Shown piece by piece: positions 37,271 to 48,295 of a DNA stretch of 64,000 nucleotides. The translations under genes were made by a program, and so were the position numbers. Each line of letters begins with the position of its first letter. Within the stretch, counting starts at the first letter, position 1. The notes beneath the pieces are model-generated. The model had not been told where the DNA came from and did no database searches. It was given only the letters and a program-made list of their open reading frames with translations. Origin of the DNA: Candidatus Eiseniibacteriota bacterium (GTDB lineage Bacteria; Eisenbacteria; RBG-16-71-46; CAVPCR01); assembly GCA_963823555.1 (NCBI GenBank), contig CAWGMA010000001.1, forward strand, positions 2,016,001 to 2,080,000. Reading direction: 5' to 3'.

Positions 37271-38935
37271 CTAGGCCGGCTCGTTCGTCGCTTCCTCGCC
37301 CGGGCCGCGACCACGAAGCACGGCCCAGGCTTCGGCGAGGACGAACAGCGCCAGCGCCACCAGCACGAGGTCGATGCCGACGATGATCCAGTCCGGCCGC
37401 TTGGCTCCACCGGGTGACAGCGCTCCGGCAATCTGCCAGATGAAGGCGCCGATCGTCGTGACCAGCATGAGGAGCGCCGGGATCAACGTGGGCCATACCG
37501 GCCGCCGCCGCGAGAGCAACCAGCACGACACGACGAGCAAGGCCAGGGCCGCCACCAGCTGGTTGGATGCGCCGAAGACCGGCCAGATCGCTCGCCATTG
37601 CCCCGTCAAGGCCAGGAACGCCGCGGCGGCGACCACGATCAGCGCCGGAAGATAGCGGTTCTTCCAGCCGGTGAGCTCCTCGATGAGATAGCGGCCAAGG
37701 CGGGTCGCAGTGTCGAGCGTGGTCAGGATGAAGAAGTTGAGGGCCATGATGGCGAAGGGCGTCCCGTAGCTCCCGAATAGCCACGACGTGAGCGTGCCAT
37801 AACCCTCGCCGAACGCGGTGATCGCCCCGCCGGCACCGCGCAAGAGCTCGGCATGACGCGCGGAGCTCAACCCCGCCCCCACCGCGATCAGCACCAGCAC
37901 CGCGACGAGGGACTCCACCAGCATCGCGCCGTACCCGATCCGGCAGGCGTGCCCTTCATCGGCAATCTGCTTGCAGGTGGTACCCGAGGAGACGACCGAG
38001 TGAAATCCCGAGATCGCGCCGCAGGCGATGGTCACGAACATCATCGGCCACAAGGGCCCCGCGATCGGCCAGTCCGGGGGGCGGAACCCGTGGAAGGCGG
38101 CGGCAGTCATGCCCGGCCCGGTCACGAACACACCGGCCACACCCAGACCGATCGTCGTGAACAGGACGAAGGAGGAGAGGTAATCCCGCGGCTGCAGCAG
38201 GTACTGGACCGGGAGCACGGAGGCCACGAAGCAGTAGCCGAGGAGAAGGAAGATCCAGACCGTCTGCGCGCTCATCCCGCCTGCCGCCGGCATCACGAGC
38301 GGAAAGACATGACCGACCTCCATCAGTGCAGCAATGGCAGCGAGCCCGAGGAGGGTCACGACCACGAGCTTCCCGTTGCTGTCCCGGCCGCGGTAGAGGA
38401 AGAAGCCGGCGAGCATGGCCACCGGGAGGATGCCCCAGCTCGGGATCACGATCTCGGGTGCCTGGATGAAGGTTCCGGCCGTCAGCACGGCGAAGACGGC
38501 GAGCACGAGCACGAGGGCGATGAGGATGAACAGGGAGAACAGGATTCGCGCCCGCCGGCTCACGACGCGCGCGGTCACCTCCGAGATCGAGACGCCACCG
38601 TGGCGCACGGCGGCAACGAGCGCGGAGAAATCCGCCACCGCGCCCATGAGCACACCGCCGATGAGGATCCAGACGAGGGACGGCGCCCAGCCCCAGTAGG
38701 CTACGGCGAGGGCCGGGCCGACGATGGGGCCGGCAGCGCAGATCGAGGAGAAATGGTGGCCGAAGAGGACGAGCCAGTGGCGCGCCGGGACGAAGTCAAC
38801 GCCGTCGCGCCGGGTATGGGCCGGGGTCGGCCGGGATCGATCCACCCCGAGGAGCCGGGAGAGAAATCGGCCGTAGATGAGGTACCCCACCCCCAGGACG
38901 CCGATCACGACCAGCATCATCAGACGCGAACTCAT
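37271..38935 (-). CDS. cstA: Carbon starvation protein A family transporter
   Basis: PTPAH..RDGVDFVP, LFGHHFSSI, QPRDY, FVTIACGAISGFHS, TTLDTATR, WPVFGASNQL. Confidence 0.95.
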   Translation of the reverse strand: MSSRLMMLVVIGVLGVGYLIYGRFLSRLLGVDRSRPTPAHTRRDGVDFVPARHWLVLFGHHFSSICAAGPIVGPALAVAYWGWAPSLVWILIGGVLMGAVADFSALVAAVRHGGVSISEVTARVVSRRARILFSLFILIALVLVLAVFAVLTAGTFIQAPEIVIPSWGILPVAMLAGFFLYRGRDSNGKLVVVTLLGLAAIAALMEVGHVFPLVMPAAGGMSAQTVWIFLLLGYCFVASVLPVQYLLQPRDYLSSFVLFTTIGLGVAGVFVTGPGMTAAAFHGFRPPDWPIAGPLWPMMFVTIACGAISGFHSVVSSGTTCKQIADEGHACRIGYGAMLVESLVAVLVLIAVGAGLSSARHAELLRGAGGAITAFGEGYGTLTSWLFGSYGTPFAIMALNFFILTTLDTATRLGRYLIEELTGWKNRYLPALIVVAAAAFLALTGQWRAIWPVFGASNQLVAALALLVVSCWLLSRRRPVWPTLIPALLMLVTTIGAFIWQIAGALSPGGAKRPDWIIVGIDLVLVALALFVLAEAWAVLRGRGPGEEATNEPA

Positions 38936-39092
38936 TCCGCCCTCCTCGGATTGGTCCACCAAGCCGGGGAGTATAGCGCTGCGGCGAGATCTTGCCAGGA
39001 TCTCGCGCGGGGAAACCCGCCCGGCGCCGCGCCAAGCGCGGCGCCTTCACGACAGGTGCCGCTCCATGGAGCGGTGCGTCGCCTCCACTCCG

Positions 39093-39767
39093 CTATCCGG
39101 GTCGATCGGCGCTGTTCTTCCGCCGTAGCTGAGCGGCCGAGTGCATCGACACGAAACGAGCCACCAGGATGGCGATGTACATGATACCGGTCACCGATTC
39201 GGCGACAGCGGCGGCTCGAGCCATGGAGTAGCTGGGAGCAACATCCCCGTATCCGAGCCCGGCAAGGGTGACAAAGCTGAAATAGAGCACATCGCCGAAA
39301 CCAATGTCCTGGCGGGAGAAGTCCGCACCGAAGTCGATGGCCGCCGGATCGATGATGAACAGCGCTTCGAAGACATTGGCGAAGATGAGACCCAGCAGCA
39401 GGTACACCGATACGGCACCCGCGATCTCCCCATGCGAGACATCCTCGGCGTTGTAGATGGTGGCGAAGACGCGCAGTGCGAGGAAAGCCGGCGCCAGGAT
39501 CCAGAAGCCGACCTTGACCAGGTCGAGGAGGAGGAGACCGGATCCCCAGGCCACGACGAGGTTCAGCATCGGGGCCACGCTACCCAGGAGCAGCATGATC
39601 CAGAAATCACGTCTCCGACCGGTGATCCGACCGAGAATCAAGGCCATTGCCAGCGCCATGACCAGCGTGCTGACATCGGTCCAGGGACGATGCAGCACAT
39701 CCATGGCCAAGGCGACCAGGTGGATCACCAGCACGGCCAGCAGCATGTTGTAGCGGTTTGCCATCAT
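39093..39767 (-). CDS. Potassium-channel family (ion_trans_2) membrane protein
   Basis: YFSFVTLAGLGYGDVAP pore motif; IAGAVSVYLLLG. Confidence 0.85.
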   Translation of the reverse strand: MMANRYNMLLAVLVIHLVALAMDVLHRPWTDVSTLVMALAMALILGRITGRRRDFWIMLLLGSVAPMLNLVVAWGSGLLLLDLVKVGFWILAPAFLALRVFATIYNAEDVSHGEIAGAVSVYLLLGLIFANVFEALFIIDPAAIDFGADFSRQDIGFGDVLYFSFVTLAGLGYGDVAPSYSMARAAAVAESVTGIMYIAILVARFVSMHSAAQLRRKNSADRPG

Positions 39768-39866
39768 GGTGAACCCGGGTGGCTCCCGCGGCCTCCGGCC
39801 GCGGGAGCCACGCCGCAGACCCGGCGCGACGCGATTCGCGCCGGGCAGAGACCGGAAGCGTATCTC

Positions 39867-40238
39867 TCAGAAGCTCAAGGTCGCCGCACCCTGCTTGACG
39901 ACCGCCAGCATGGCAACGGACCCGGCGAGCACCGCGCCGTCGATCAGGTCGCTCTCCGTGTAGCCCCGGACCTTGGCACACGGCGGACAGACCATGACGG
40001 TACTGCCCTTGGCGATCACGTTCTGGATCATCTCCTTCAGCGTCGGATCGAGAGGATTCAACCGCGCCGTGTCCGCTCCACCCTTGCGGGCCCAGTCCAC
40101 GCCGGCACTGGCGAGGAACACCGTCAGTTCGAGGCCGGAGGCAATGGCACCGTTCGCGATGCTCCAGGCCACCGAGGCGCGTTCATCATCGAGACCACGC
40201 GTGATAACGATGACCATCTTCTTGGTTTCTTCTGCCAT
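39867..40238 (-). CDS. DsrE/DsrF-like protein
   Basis: VFLASAGV, VCPPCAKVRG; GGAGA RBS. Confidence 0.88.
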   Translation of the reverse strand: MAEETKKMVIVITRGLDDERASVAWSIANGAIASGLELTVFLASAGVDWARKGGADTARLNPLDPTLKEMIQNVIAKGSTVMVCPPCAKVRGYTESDLIDGAVLAGSVAMLAVVKQGAATLSF

Positions 40239-40371
40239 GAATCATCTCCTCTGCGAATGGGGGGAATGTCGCACGCCCAAAACGGGCGCCAGCATAGCAC
40301 CTTTGCGGCTGAGACGACCGGAACGAAGCTCGCGCAGCGAACCCGCCCGCCTGGGGAGCCATCAAGGCGAG

Positions 40372-42378
40372 CTACCGGCGCTGAACCTCGCGGGGGTGGC
40401 GCGCGAGCAGCATTCGGATGACGAGGACGGCTGCGGCAAGCAGGAAGAGGATGGTCACCAGGACCCGCGACCACGCCGGGATCTGCGGGCCATGGAGATC
40501 TCGGCGTCCGAGGGTCGCTACCGCCGTGGGCGCGGACCATGCGGTGGGCGCGTTCCGCGGTGGCAGGGCGCGGACACGGTACTCGTAGGTCGTCCCGGGA
40601 TCGAGGCCGGCGTCGTTCAGGGTGAAGGTTGCCGTCTCTCCCACCGGTTGCCACGAGCCCCCCCCATCCCGGCGCTCCCAGGCATGACGCACCGGAGCGA
40701 CGTTGCCCTTCGCCCACAGATAGATCTGTGTCGTCCTCGCGCGCGCGAGAACGACCTGGGGCACCGTCCACGGCGGGGATCCCGCCGGCAGCCTTTCGTC
40801 GCTCGGCGGCGGTGGGTCGGAAGCGATCGCGTCCTCGGGGGACATGATGCAGATCGCCAGCCCATCGCGGAAACGCGGCACTTCGAGGTCGAGTTCTCCG
40901 CTGGCGCTGATCCCCGTCAGCCGGACCTCGCGGGCGGCCGCGCGCGCCAGCGCATCCGGATCGAAGGGACTGACGGCCTCGGCCACGAGACTCCACGCGC
41001 GCACGGCGATCGGCCCCGCCATCGCCCACTCCGCCACGGCCGGTGGCAGTCGCAATGTCAGGATCCCGGCACCGATCGCCGCCCCTGCCGTACCCGGAGT
41101 CGTCTCGAGCAGCACGGCGACGCAGCCCGGTGCGCCCCGCGCATAGGCGTGCGGCGCCGGACTCCGCTCGATCGGGATCGGCACCGCCGCTCGCAGGCTC
41201 GAGAGCGCAGGGACGCGCGGCAACGTGGGCAGGAACCCCGCACAGTCGGGTTGCGCCCGATACGCCAGCGCTCCCCAGTCCGCGTATCCCGCGTTCATCG
41301 CAACCCCGGCGGCGAGCACGCGCCAGTACATGCGCGCGCTCCGCGAGCGGAGGCCCGCATCCGGACTGATGCTCAGGTCATCCTGGAAGAAGAAGTACTG
41401 CCTCCTTCCGCTGTCCGGATTCCAGTCGATGTTGCGCACTCCGAAGGTCGGCCGGCGATACCGGCCGCGGGCCGCGACGTGGTCCTCGTGCCGGCCGAGA
41501 TCGAGGAAAGCGACATCGAGTCGCGGGTTCGAGAGCGACCAGCCCGTCTCCTGACGATCCCGGCCCTCGTCATTCAAGCCCACCAGCACCTCGAGACCGG
41601 TCTCGCGCTCCCAGGAGTCGAACTCGTCGAGCATCGCCTCGATCCAGCCAGGGTGCATCCCGGTGCCGTTTCCGATCTCGTTCATGACATCGTAGAAGAC
41701 GTTGCCGAGATCCCCGGTGGCATCGAGGATCCGGCGCACCCACGCCCGCTGGTGGGCAATGAGCCGCAGATCACGTTCCGGCGAAATCACAAACTCGTCG
41801 GGTCCGGCGTGACGCGAGAGCTCGGGATTCACGTTGCGTCCGGGGTTGTAATAACAGCGATCCCACGATTTCTTCCAGGTGACGGCTTGCCAGAGCTGGA
41901 GGTGTACGAAGATGCCGCTCTCCCGGAAGAGGAGGCACGCCTCCCGCAATCGTTCGAAGTAGCGTTCGTTGAACCGCTCGAGATCGAACCGATCCGGATC
42001 GGAGGCGGAGCGCTCGAAAGCGTCAAGCCAGCGCGGACCCACCTCGTGGCTGGGTGGGTACGAGCGTACGATCGTCACCCCGCGCTCTGTGGCGAAGTGG
42101 GCGAAGTCACGAAAGTCGAGATCGGGGTCGGCCGCCTCTCCGGGCGGGAGGCAGGTCAGGATGCCCTGCGGCGACAGGCCGAATCCAAAGGCCGGAGCGC
42201 CGCCATAGGACACCCACGCCGCCGCGGTCCCGGCGGCCTCGATCGCGAGCCGGGGCCCATCGTGCTGCGCACGGGAAACGGGCGCGAAGACGACAGCCGC
42301 CGCCAGCACGCCGGCCAGGAGCAGCACCCGAGGGCTTGGAGCGCATGTGGGGAGAAGCGCCCGCGCGCGGGGACCCAC
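40372..42378 (-). CDS. Membrane-anchored putative glycoside hydrolase-like protein with an FN3 domain
   Basis: Signal peptide; FDLERFNERYFERL, YDVMNE; FN3 motif GLDPGTTYEYRVRA; C-terminal TM with basic tail. Confidence 0.65.
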   Translation of the reverse strand: MGPRARALLPTCAPSPRVLLLAGVLAAAVVFAPVSRAQHDGPRLAIEAAGTAAAWVSYGGAPAFGFGLSPQGILTCLPPGEAADPDLDFRDFAHFATERGVTIVRSYPPSHEVGPRWLDAFERSASDPDRFDLERFNERYFERLREACLLFRESGIFVHLQLWQAVTWKKSWDRCYYNPGRNVNPELSRHAGPDEFVISPERDLRLIAHQRAWVRRILDATGDLGNVFYDVMNEIGNGTGMHPGWIEAMLDEFDSWERETGLEVLVGLNDEGRDRQETGWSLSNPRLDVAFLDLGRHEDHVAARGRYRRPTFGVRNIDWNPDSGRRQYFFFQDDLSISPDAGLRSRSARMYWRVLAAGVAMNAGYADWGALAYRAQPDCAGFLPTLPRVPALSSLRAAVPIPIERSPAPHAYARGAPGCVAVLLETTPGTAGAAIGAGILTLRLPPAVAEWAMAGPIAVRAWSLVAEAVSPFDPDALARAAAREVRLTGISASGELDLEVPRFRDGLAICIMSPEDAIASDPPPPSDERLPAGSPPWTVPQVVLARARTTQIYLWAKGNVAPVRHAWERRDGGGSWQPVGETATFTLNDAGLDPGTTYEYRVRALPPRNAPTAWSAPTAVATLGRRDLHGPQIPAWSRVLVTILFLLAAAVLVIRMLLARHPREVQRR

Positions 42379-43757
42379 TAGTTCCCGTCCCGCGGGTCCT
42401 CGTCCGAGTGCCCGTCATCGTAGAGACCGCGGACCTTATTGATCCTGCCCCCTTGGCCGCGCTCGAAGCCGAGGCGGAAGTAGCCGAGGTCCCCGACCCG
42501 GAAGAGATCCTTCCCCATCGGCTCCATCGGGTAGCTGGGACGATCCTCGCGCTGGTAGCGGAGCACACCATCCTCGAGGTAGATGCGGCGCGGGCCATAG
42601 CTCCCCGCGTACTCCTCGAGCTGTTGGGTGGTGAGCACGATCGGGTGCCGACGGCTCTCGAGGTCGGTCCGGGCCCACTCGAGGGTGGACCTGATCGCCG
42701 CATCCGGCTCCGCGGCGATGAGCTTCTCCAGGGCGTCCGCGTGAGCCACATCCAGGGCCTCGACTGCCGGCACGGGAATATGCGGGGTGACGCCGCGCCC
42801 CTCCCATCCTTCGTTGTTCTTGGGGTTGAAGGCGCGCCCATAGGGCACGCGCAGACCGATCCGGAAGCCGTCGAAGTCGAACGTGTGGGCCGACACCGTG
42901 TGGCCCCCTCCCCCCGTCGTATCACCGACCACCGTCGCCCGCTCGAGATTGCGGAGGTCGAAGGTGAACTCCTCGGCGGCCGAGAACGTGTTCCTGCTGG
43001 TCAGCACGTACACGGGCTGATCGAGGATTCGCTTCCCGGGCACGTAATCGGCGCTGTAGGACTGGGCGGTCATCTTCTCAGCACGGATGTCCCAGTTGAT
43101 GAGATGGGTCTCCTCGGCGAAGAGGTACCCACAGAGGTAGCGGATCATCGCTGCCGAGCCGCCGCCGTTGTGGCGGAGATCGAGGATGATGGCACGGCTG
43201 TTGCCAAGGAAGTTCATGGCCGCCGTGGCGGCCGCGAAGGCCTCGTCGCCACGGCCGAACCGGTCGAAGCGCAGGTAGCCGATCCCTCCGGGGAGCATCT
43301 CGGCCTTCACGAAGCCGTAGTTCTCGGCGCGCTCGCGCTTCTGGCGGCGCTCGACCTCGACCGGATCCTCCTTCTGCTCGGCGGCGAGCACAGCGGGATC
43401 GAGCGGCGGCAAGGCGGCAATGCGGAAGTGGCCGTCACGGTTGATGGCCTGAGCGTCCTCGAACAAGCGGCGCGCGAAGAGGGCCGGATCGGTGAACTCG
43501 TCATACTGGCCCGTGGCCAGATTCTGCCGCAAGGCGGCCACGATGTTCCGGGCTGGCTCCTCGAGCACGTACACCGAGTCGATGACGGCCGTGATCGAGT
43601 CGACGATGGCGGCGCGGGTGCCGGCATCGATCGCCGGCAGCTCGCCGGGACGACCGACCTGGGCCGGCGTGGATCGAACCTGGGCAAGCACCGCGAGGAT
43701 CACGAAGCCAGAGAGACGGACCGTCCATGAGCGGGATATCCGCGGTCGGAATCGCAT
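42378..43757 (-). CDS. S41 family peptidase
   Basis: IGYLRF, ILDLRHNGGG, TFSAAEEF, VGDTTGG, WEGRGVTP. Confidence 0.93.
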   Translation of the reverse strand: MRFRPRISRSWTVRLSGFVILAVLAQVRSTPAQVGRPGELPAIDAGTRAAIVDSITAVIDSVYVLEEPARNIVAALRQNLATGQYDEFTDPALFARRLFEDAQAINRDGHFRIAALPPLDPAVLAAEQKEDPVEVERRQKRERAENYGFVKAEMLPGGIGYLRFDRFGRGDEAFAAATAAMNFLGNSRAIILDLRHNGGGSAAMIRYLCGYLFAEETHLINWDIRAEKMTAQSYSADYVPGKRILDQPVYVLTSRNTFSAAEEFTFDLRNLERATVVGDTTGGGGHTVSAHTFDFDGFRIGLRVPYGRAFNPKNNEGWEGRGVTPHIPVPAVEALDVAHADALEKLIAAEPDAAIRSTLEWARTDLESRRHPIVLTTQQLEEYAGSYGPRRIYLEDGVLRYQREDRPSYPMEPMGKDLFRVGDLGYFRLGFERGQGGRINKVRGLYDDGHSDEDPRDGN

Positions 43758-43885
43758 GGGGCCTCCAGGCTGGAAACAGGTCTCGACCGGCCCGGCTGCC
43801 GGTCGGGTCTTGAGCTAGCTACGTCGCCCGCTCCCCTGGCGTTGCAGAACTCCCAGTGAAGGGGCCCGCCGTCGCCCCGCCCGCT

Positions 43886-46177
43886 TCATTCGGCCAGGTT
43901 GATGGCTCCCTGCCGGTAGGTCTGCCCGGCCTCGTAACGGGAGATCCGGACCTCGATGCTCTCTACCAGCCGCTCCCGGTTGGCTCCCCGGGCGGCTTCG
44001 CGAGCGAGCCGGCCGTAGTGCACGGCGGCCACGAACTCGCCCCGTCCGGCCAGAGCCGCAGCCAGTGCGTCCAGCGCCCTGGGATCCCTGCCCAGGCTAA
44101 ACCGTGAGGCCGTCGTCGCGAGCGCCAGGGCCTCGTCCGGAGCATAGACCCGATCGTCGTCCGCTGTGGCGAGGAGCCAGGCCAGCCCGGTCGTGGCTGC
44201 CGCGAACGCCGGCGACAACCGCAGCGCTTCTCGGTATTGCGCCTCGGCCGCCACGAGCTCGCCGCGTGCAGCGAGCGTGCTCGCGAGCCCGAAATGAGCC
44301 TGCGGCGCCAGGTTCTTCCCGTAGCCGAAGTAGTCCGCCGCCGGGTCCGGTTGGAGCTCCACGGCGCGCCGGTAGTGGATCTCCGCTTCCGCAACCTGGC
44401 CCTGAGCCAGGAGTGCGTGAGCCAGGCTGACCTCGGCGTCGGGCATGTCCCTCGACATCGCGACGACTCGCGACAGGATGGCCGTGGCCGCCGGGTACTG
44501 CTGTCCGCGAAGCAGGATGGCACCGAAATGGGCGAGCGCCCTCTCGAAGCCCAGGCCGGACGCCGCGGCGTCCGGATTGAGCCGTACCGCTGCGGCGAAC
44601 TCCTCACGGGCTGCATCAAGATGCCCCTCTCCGGTGAGAGCAAAGGCCAGGTTCAGGTGGAATGCGGAGACCTCCGGCGAGGAGGCCACCGCTTGCCGGA
44701 GGTGGCTCACAGCACCGGGAAACTCGCCAAGCGAGATCAGGGCCCGGCCCAGGTTGTTGTGCGACATCGCATGGTCGGGCCGCGACTGGAGCGCTGCCGT
44801 GAAGTGCGGCACCGCATCCTCGAGCCTCTGCCGGGAGACGAGCTCGAAGCCCAGGATGTCATGGGCGAAGTAGTTGTCGCGGGTCACCTGCAGAGCATGC
44901 GTGAAGAGGGCGACGTTGTCGTGCCAGCGCGTGACCTGGATGAATGTGGTCTGCGTCAACAGCACCAAAGCCACGGCCCACGAGACAGAGATGGCGATCT
45001 TGAGTCCGGCGGCGCGGCGAGCGATGTCATGGGACCACCAGCTCGCCAGGATGAAGATGCCGACAGCTGGGATATAGGTGTAACGATCGGCCATTGCCTG
45101 CTCGCCCAGTTGCACGAGTCCGATGACGGGCACCAGGGTTCCGAGATAGAAGAGCCAACCAACGGGAACATAGGGCCGACGATCGACCACGCGGAGAGCG
45201 AGAGCGGTGATCACGACCAGAATGACGAGCGCGCCCCCGACCTGCCACAACGGCAGGGTGAAGCGATAGGGATAGAACGCCGCCAGATCGACCGGCCACA
45301 GGAGCTTCCCCAGATAGGCGACGTAGGATACGACGGCGTTCGCCAGGCGGTCCCCGACCGGAAAGCGTGTCAAGTCGCCGACCGCCCCGGCGCGGTTCTG
45401 AGCGATGAAGGTGGCCACCGTCGCCGCGAGCGTGAGCAGGAAGAGCGGGATCTTCTCGATGAGGCGCGCTCTGAGTTCCGGACCGAAGCCGCTACCCCGT
45501 CGATAGGAGAGCCGCTCCAGTGGCCAGACATCGAAGAGGAGGAGAGCGAAAGGTAACGTCACGAGCATCTGCTTGGCCATGAGCCCGAGCGCGAAGCAGA
45601 GGACCACGAGGGTGTAGCGGAGCACTCCCCCCTGCCGCACGTAGATCGTGTAGGCGGCCATGGTCAAGAACCAGAAGAATGCGCTCAGCACGTCCTTGCG
45701 CTCCGAGATCCAGGCCACCGATTCAACATGGAGCGGATGGACCGCGAACAGGGCGGCGACCAGTCCGCTTCGCCAAGTCGTCCTGGTCATGCTGCGCAGG
45801 ACGAAGAACAGGAGGAGCGTGCTGGCGAGATGGAGGAGGAGGCCCGACAGGTGGTGACCGGCGGGATCGAGGCCGAAGAGCTCGACATCGATGAGATGGG
45901 ACACCCAGGTCAGGGGATGCCAGTTGGAGGCGTAGCCAGTGCCGAGCGCCCAGCCCAGGGCCGAGACCGTCAAGCCGTCTGCCAGGTGCTCGTTCTCGCT
46001 TACATACACCGCATCATCGAACACAAAGCCGTTGTCAACAGCGGCCATGTAGGCGAGGAGCGTTGCCAGCGAGAGCAACAACACCACGAGCAGGGTGCGG
46101 GACCAGTCCCCGACCCTCCCATCGGACGATCGCGAGTCGGCGGTGGATACGGAAGTCATCTTGCGGGTGGACATCAT
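43886..46177 (-). CDS. TMTC-like membrane protein with C-terminal TPR repeats (putative GT-C glycosyltransferase)
   Basis: FVFDD..Y, WHPLTW, HPLHVESVAWISERKD, ADRYTY; several TPR units. Confidence 0.88.
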   Translation of the reverse strand: MMSTRKMTSVSTADSRSSDGRVGDWSRTLLVVLLLSLATLLAYMAAVDNGFVFDDAVYVSENEHLADGLTVSALGWALGTGYASNWHPLTWVSHLIDVELFGLDPAGHHLSGLLLHLASTLLLFFVLRSMTRTTWRSGLVAALFAVHPLHVESVAWISERKDVLSAFFWFLTMAAYTIYVRQGGVLRYTLVVLCFALGLMAKQMLVTLPFALLLFDVWPLERLSYRRGSGFGPELRARLIEKIPLFLLTLAATVATFIAQNRAGAVGDLTRFPVGDRLANAVVSYVAYLGKLLWPVDLAAFYPYRFTLPLWQVGGALVILVVITALALRVVDRRPYVPVGWLFYLGTLVPVIGLVQLGEQAMADRYTYIPAVGIFILASWWSHDIARRAAGLKIAISVSWAVALVLLTQTTFIQVTRWHDNVALFTHALQVTRDNYFAHDILGFELVSRQRLEDAVPHFTAALQSRPDHAMSHNNLGRALISLGEFPGAVSHLRQAVASSPEVSAFHLNLAFALTGEGHLDAAREEFAAAVRLNPDAAASGLGFERALAHFGAILLRGQQYPAATAILSRVVAMSRDMPDAEVSLAHALLAQGQVAEAEIHYRRAVELQPDPAADYFGYGKNLAPQAHFGLASTLAARGELVAAEAQYREALRLSPAFAAATTGLAWLLATADDDRVYAPDEALALATTASRFSLGRDPRALDALAAALAGRGEFVAAVHYGRLAREAARGANRERLVESIEVRISRYEAGQTYRQGAINLAE

Positions 46178-46251
46178 CGAGCTCAGGGGCTACCCGGGTC
46201 CGCGCAGCCTATCATGCCCGAGGATCCGCTCGCAAGCGCGCCGGCCTGCAA

Positions 46252-46280
46252 TTGACACTCCGCAGCGTTCCCGCCATACT
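46252..46280 (+). promoter_or_regulatory. Putative sigma70 promoter of the SGNH gene
   Basis: TTGACA-17 nt-CATACT, 12 nt before ATG 46293. Confidence 0.6.
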
Positions 46281-46292
46281 CTGCAAACCGCC

Positions 46293-47333
46293 ATGGCTGC
46301 GAACATCGTCCTCACCATCTTCATCCTCTTGCCGGCGCTCTTCGGAGTCCTTGCCTTCCGCTATTTCACCGCCAAGCCGGCTCAGCTCGCTGGCCGGCCA
46401 CGGCTCGATCTCATCGCCGGCAACAGTCTCGTTCTGCTAGCCCTGCTCAGCCTCTTCCTCCTGGCCGGGGAAATCTACTATCGGTTCGTCTACGACACGA
46501 CCGACGCCTTCGGACTGGCGCGGGTGACCCGAGAGTGGATGGTCAAGCACGAGCACATGAACCAGTTCGGGTTCCGCGATTCAGTGGAGTATCAGATGGA
46601 CCGCCAGGCCGGCATGCGCCGGATCACGTTCCTCGGCGATTCATTCACTGCCGGCCACGGTGTTCGCAATGTCGAGGATCGCTTCGCCAATCGGATCCGA
46701 GCCGCTCATCCGGAGTGGGAAGTCCAGGTCCTGGCCACCAACGGCTTCGATACCGGGAGCGAGCTGTCCCTCCTCCTGCAACTGGCCAGCGCTCGCTATC
46801 CCTTCGATGTCGTCGTGCTCGTCTATTGCCTCAACGATATCTCCGACATCACACCGGAATGGCAGTCGATCAGCCAGAAGATCTATGCTCAGGACAGACC
46901 ACCCTTTCTCGTCGACCATAGCTACTTCTTGAACACCTACTTCTACCGGCTCAAGAGCGCTCGCGACCCGGAGATCAGCCGGTACTATCACTTCGTCATC
47001 GGGGCCTATGACGGCCCCCAGTGGGAGACCCAGCAGGCGCGCCTGCGGGCCATGGCCGATATCGTCCGCCAGGGTGGCGGCCGGTTCCTCGTCGTGACCT
47101 TCCCGTTCCTCCATGGGATGGGCGCCGACTACGAATACACCTCGATTCACGACCGGCTCGACGGCTTCTTCGATGACATTCGGGTTCCCCATCTCGACCT
47201 GCTGTCGGTCTATTCCACCCACCCAACGCGGGAACTTATCGTGAACTCACGGGATCCGCACCCGAACGAGGGGGCGCACCAGATGGCAGCGGAAGCCATC
47301 GCGTCGTTCATCAGCGCAGAGATCGGACCCTAG
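46293..47333 (+). CDS. Membrane-anchored SGNH/GDSL hydrolase
   Basis: Two TM; FLGDSFT, LND, DPHPN. Confidence 0.88.
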   Translation: MAANIVLTIFILLPALFGVLAFRYFTAKPAQLAGRPRLDLIAGNSLVLLALLSLFLLAGEIYYRFVYDTTDAFGLARVTREWMVKHEHMNQFGFRDSVEYQMDRQAGMRRITFLGDSFTAGHGVRNVEDRFANRIRAAHPEWEVQVLATNGFDTGSELSLLLQLASARYPFDVVVLVYCLNDISDITPEWQSISQKIYAQDRPPFLVDHSYFLNTYFYRLKSARDPEISRYYHFVIGAYDGPQWETQQARLRAMADIVRQGGGRFLVVTFPFLHGMGADYEYTSIHDRLDGFFDDIRVPHLDLLSVYSTHPTRELIVNSRDPHPNEGAHQMAAEAIASFISAEIGP

Positions 47334-47406
47334 GGAATGACACGGCGATGCCGGACGAGCCATTCGAGAGGGTCGTCGGGACTTTAGGCTGGAGAGGACC
47401 ACGACG

Positions 47407-48246
47407 ATGAACCATCGGGCTTCGGAGGGCCGTGGCGCCTCCGCCTCAAATGCCGCTCCGGAAACAGGCAAGGTCATCGTCGTGATGCCGGCCTACAACG
47501 CGGCGGCCACGGTCGAGCGCACCGTAGCCGAGATCCCCAAGGGTCTGGCCGCGGAGATCATCCTCGTCGACGACGCCAGCCGGGATGACACGGCCGCCAT
47601 CGCCCGCCATCTCGGGCTCACGGTGATCGAGCACGCGCAAAACCGCGGCTACGGCGGAAACCAGAAGACCTGCTACACGGCTGCCCTGCGTCATGGGGCG
47701 GACTATGTGATCATGATCCACCCCGATTACCAGTACGATGGGCGGCTCGCCGGGCACCTGCTCGGTTTCCTCTCGAGCGGAGTGGTCGATGTCATGCTCG
47801 GCTCGCGTATCCGCACCCGGCGCGAGGCCCTGGCCAGCGGCATGCCCCTCTACAAGTATCTCGCCAATCGCTTCCTCACCATCGTCGAGAACATCGCCCT
47901 CGGCCAGAATCTCACCGAGTTCCATTCCGGGTATCGACTCTATACCCGTCGTGTGCTGGAGACCATTCCCTGGCACCGCAACGACGATGGCTTCGTGTTC
48001 GATTCACAGTTCCTGGCCCAGGCGGTCCACTTCGGCTTCCGGCTTGGAGATGCGCCCGTACCCACCCGTTACATGCCCGAGGCATCCTCGATCGACTGGC
48101 GGCGCAGCATCGCCTACGGCCTCGGCACTCTCGGCACCGTGGCCGAGTGGTGGCTGCATCGCCTCCGGATTCGACGTTCTCCTCTCTTCCTTCCCATCGA
48201 CCCGGGCGAGCGCGAAGGCCGGCGAACGGATGGGGCGACCGCCTGA
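47407..48246 (+). CDS. GT2 glycosyltransferase (DPM1-like)
   Basis: [36 protein letters not shown]. Confidence 0.93.
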   Translation: MNHRASEGRGASASNAAPETGKVIVVMPAYNAAATVERTVAEIPKGLAAEIILVDDASRDDTAAIARHLGLTVIEHAQNRGYGGNQKTCYTAALRHGADYVIMIHPDYQYDGRLAGHLLGFLSSGVVDVMLGSRIRTRREALASGMPLYKYLANRFLTIVENIALGQNLTEFHSGYRLYTRRVLETIPWHRNDDGFVFDSQFLAQAVHFGFRLGDAPVPTRYMPEASSIDWRRSIAYGLGTLGTVAEWWLHRLRIRRSPLFLPIDPGEREGRRTDGATA

Positions 48247-48295
48247 ACCGCAGGCCGATCCTGAAGGCCTCGCGGCGGCGGCGGCGGCCTTGCGC

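Noticed and set aside
40372..40500. IPAWS + TM + basic tail as an IPTL-CTERM/exosortase signal
   Set aside because: Weak match, single copy, no exosortase in the window; an ordinary membrane anchor suffices
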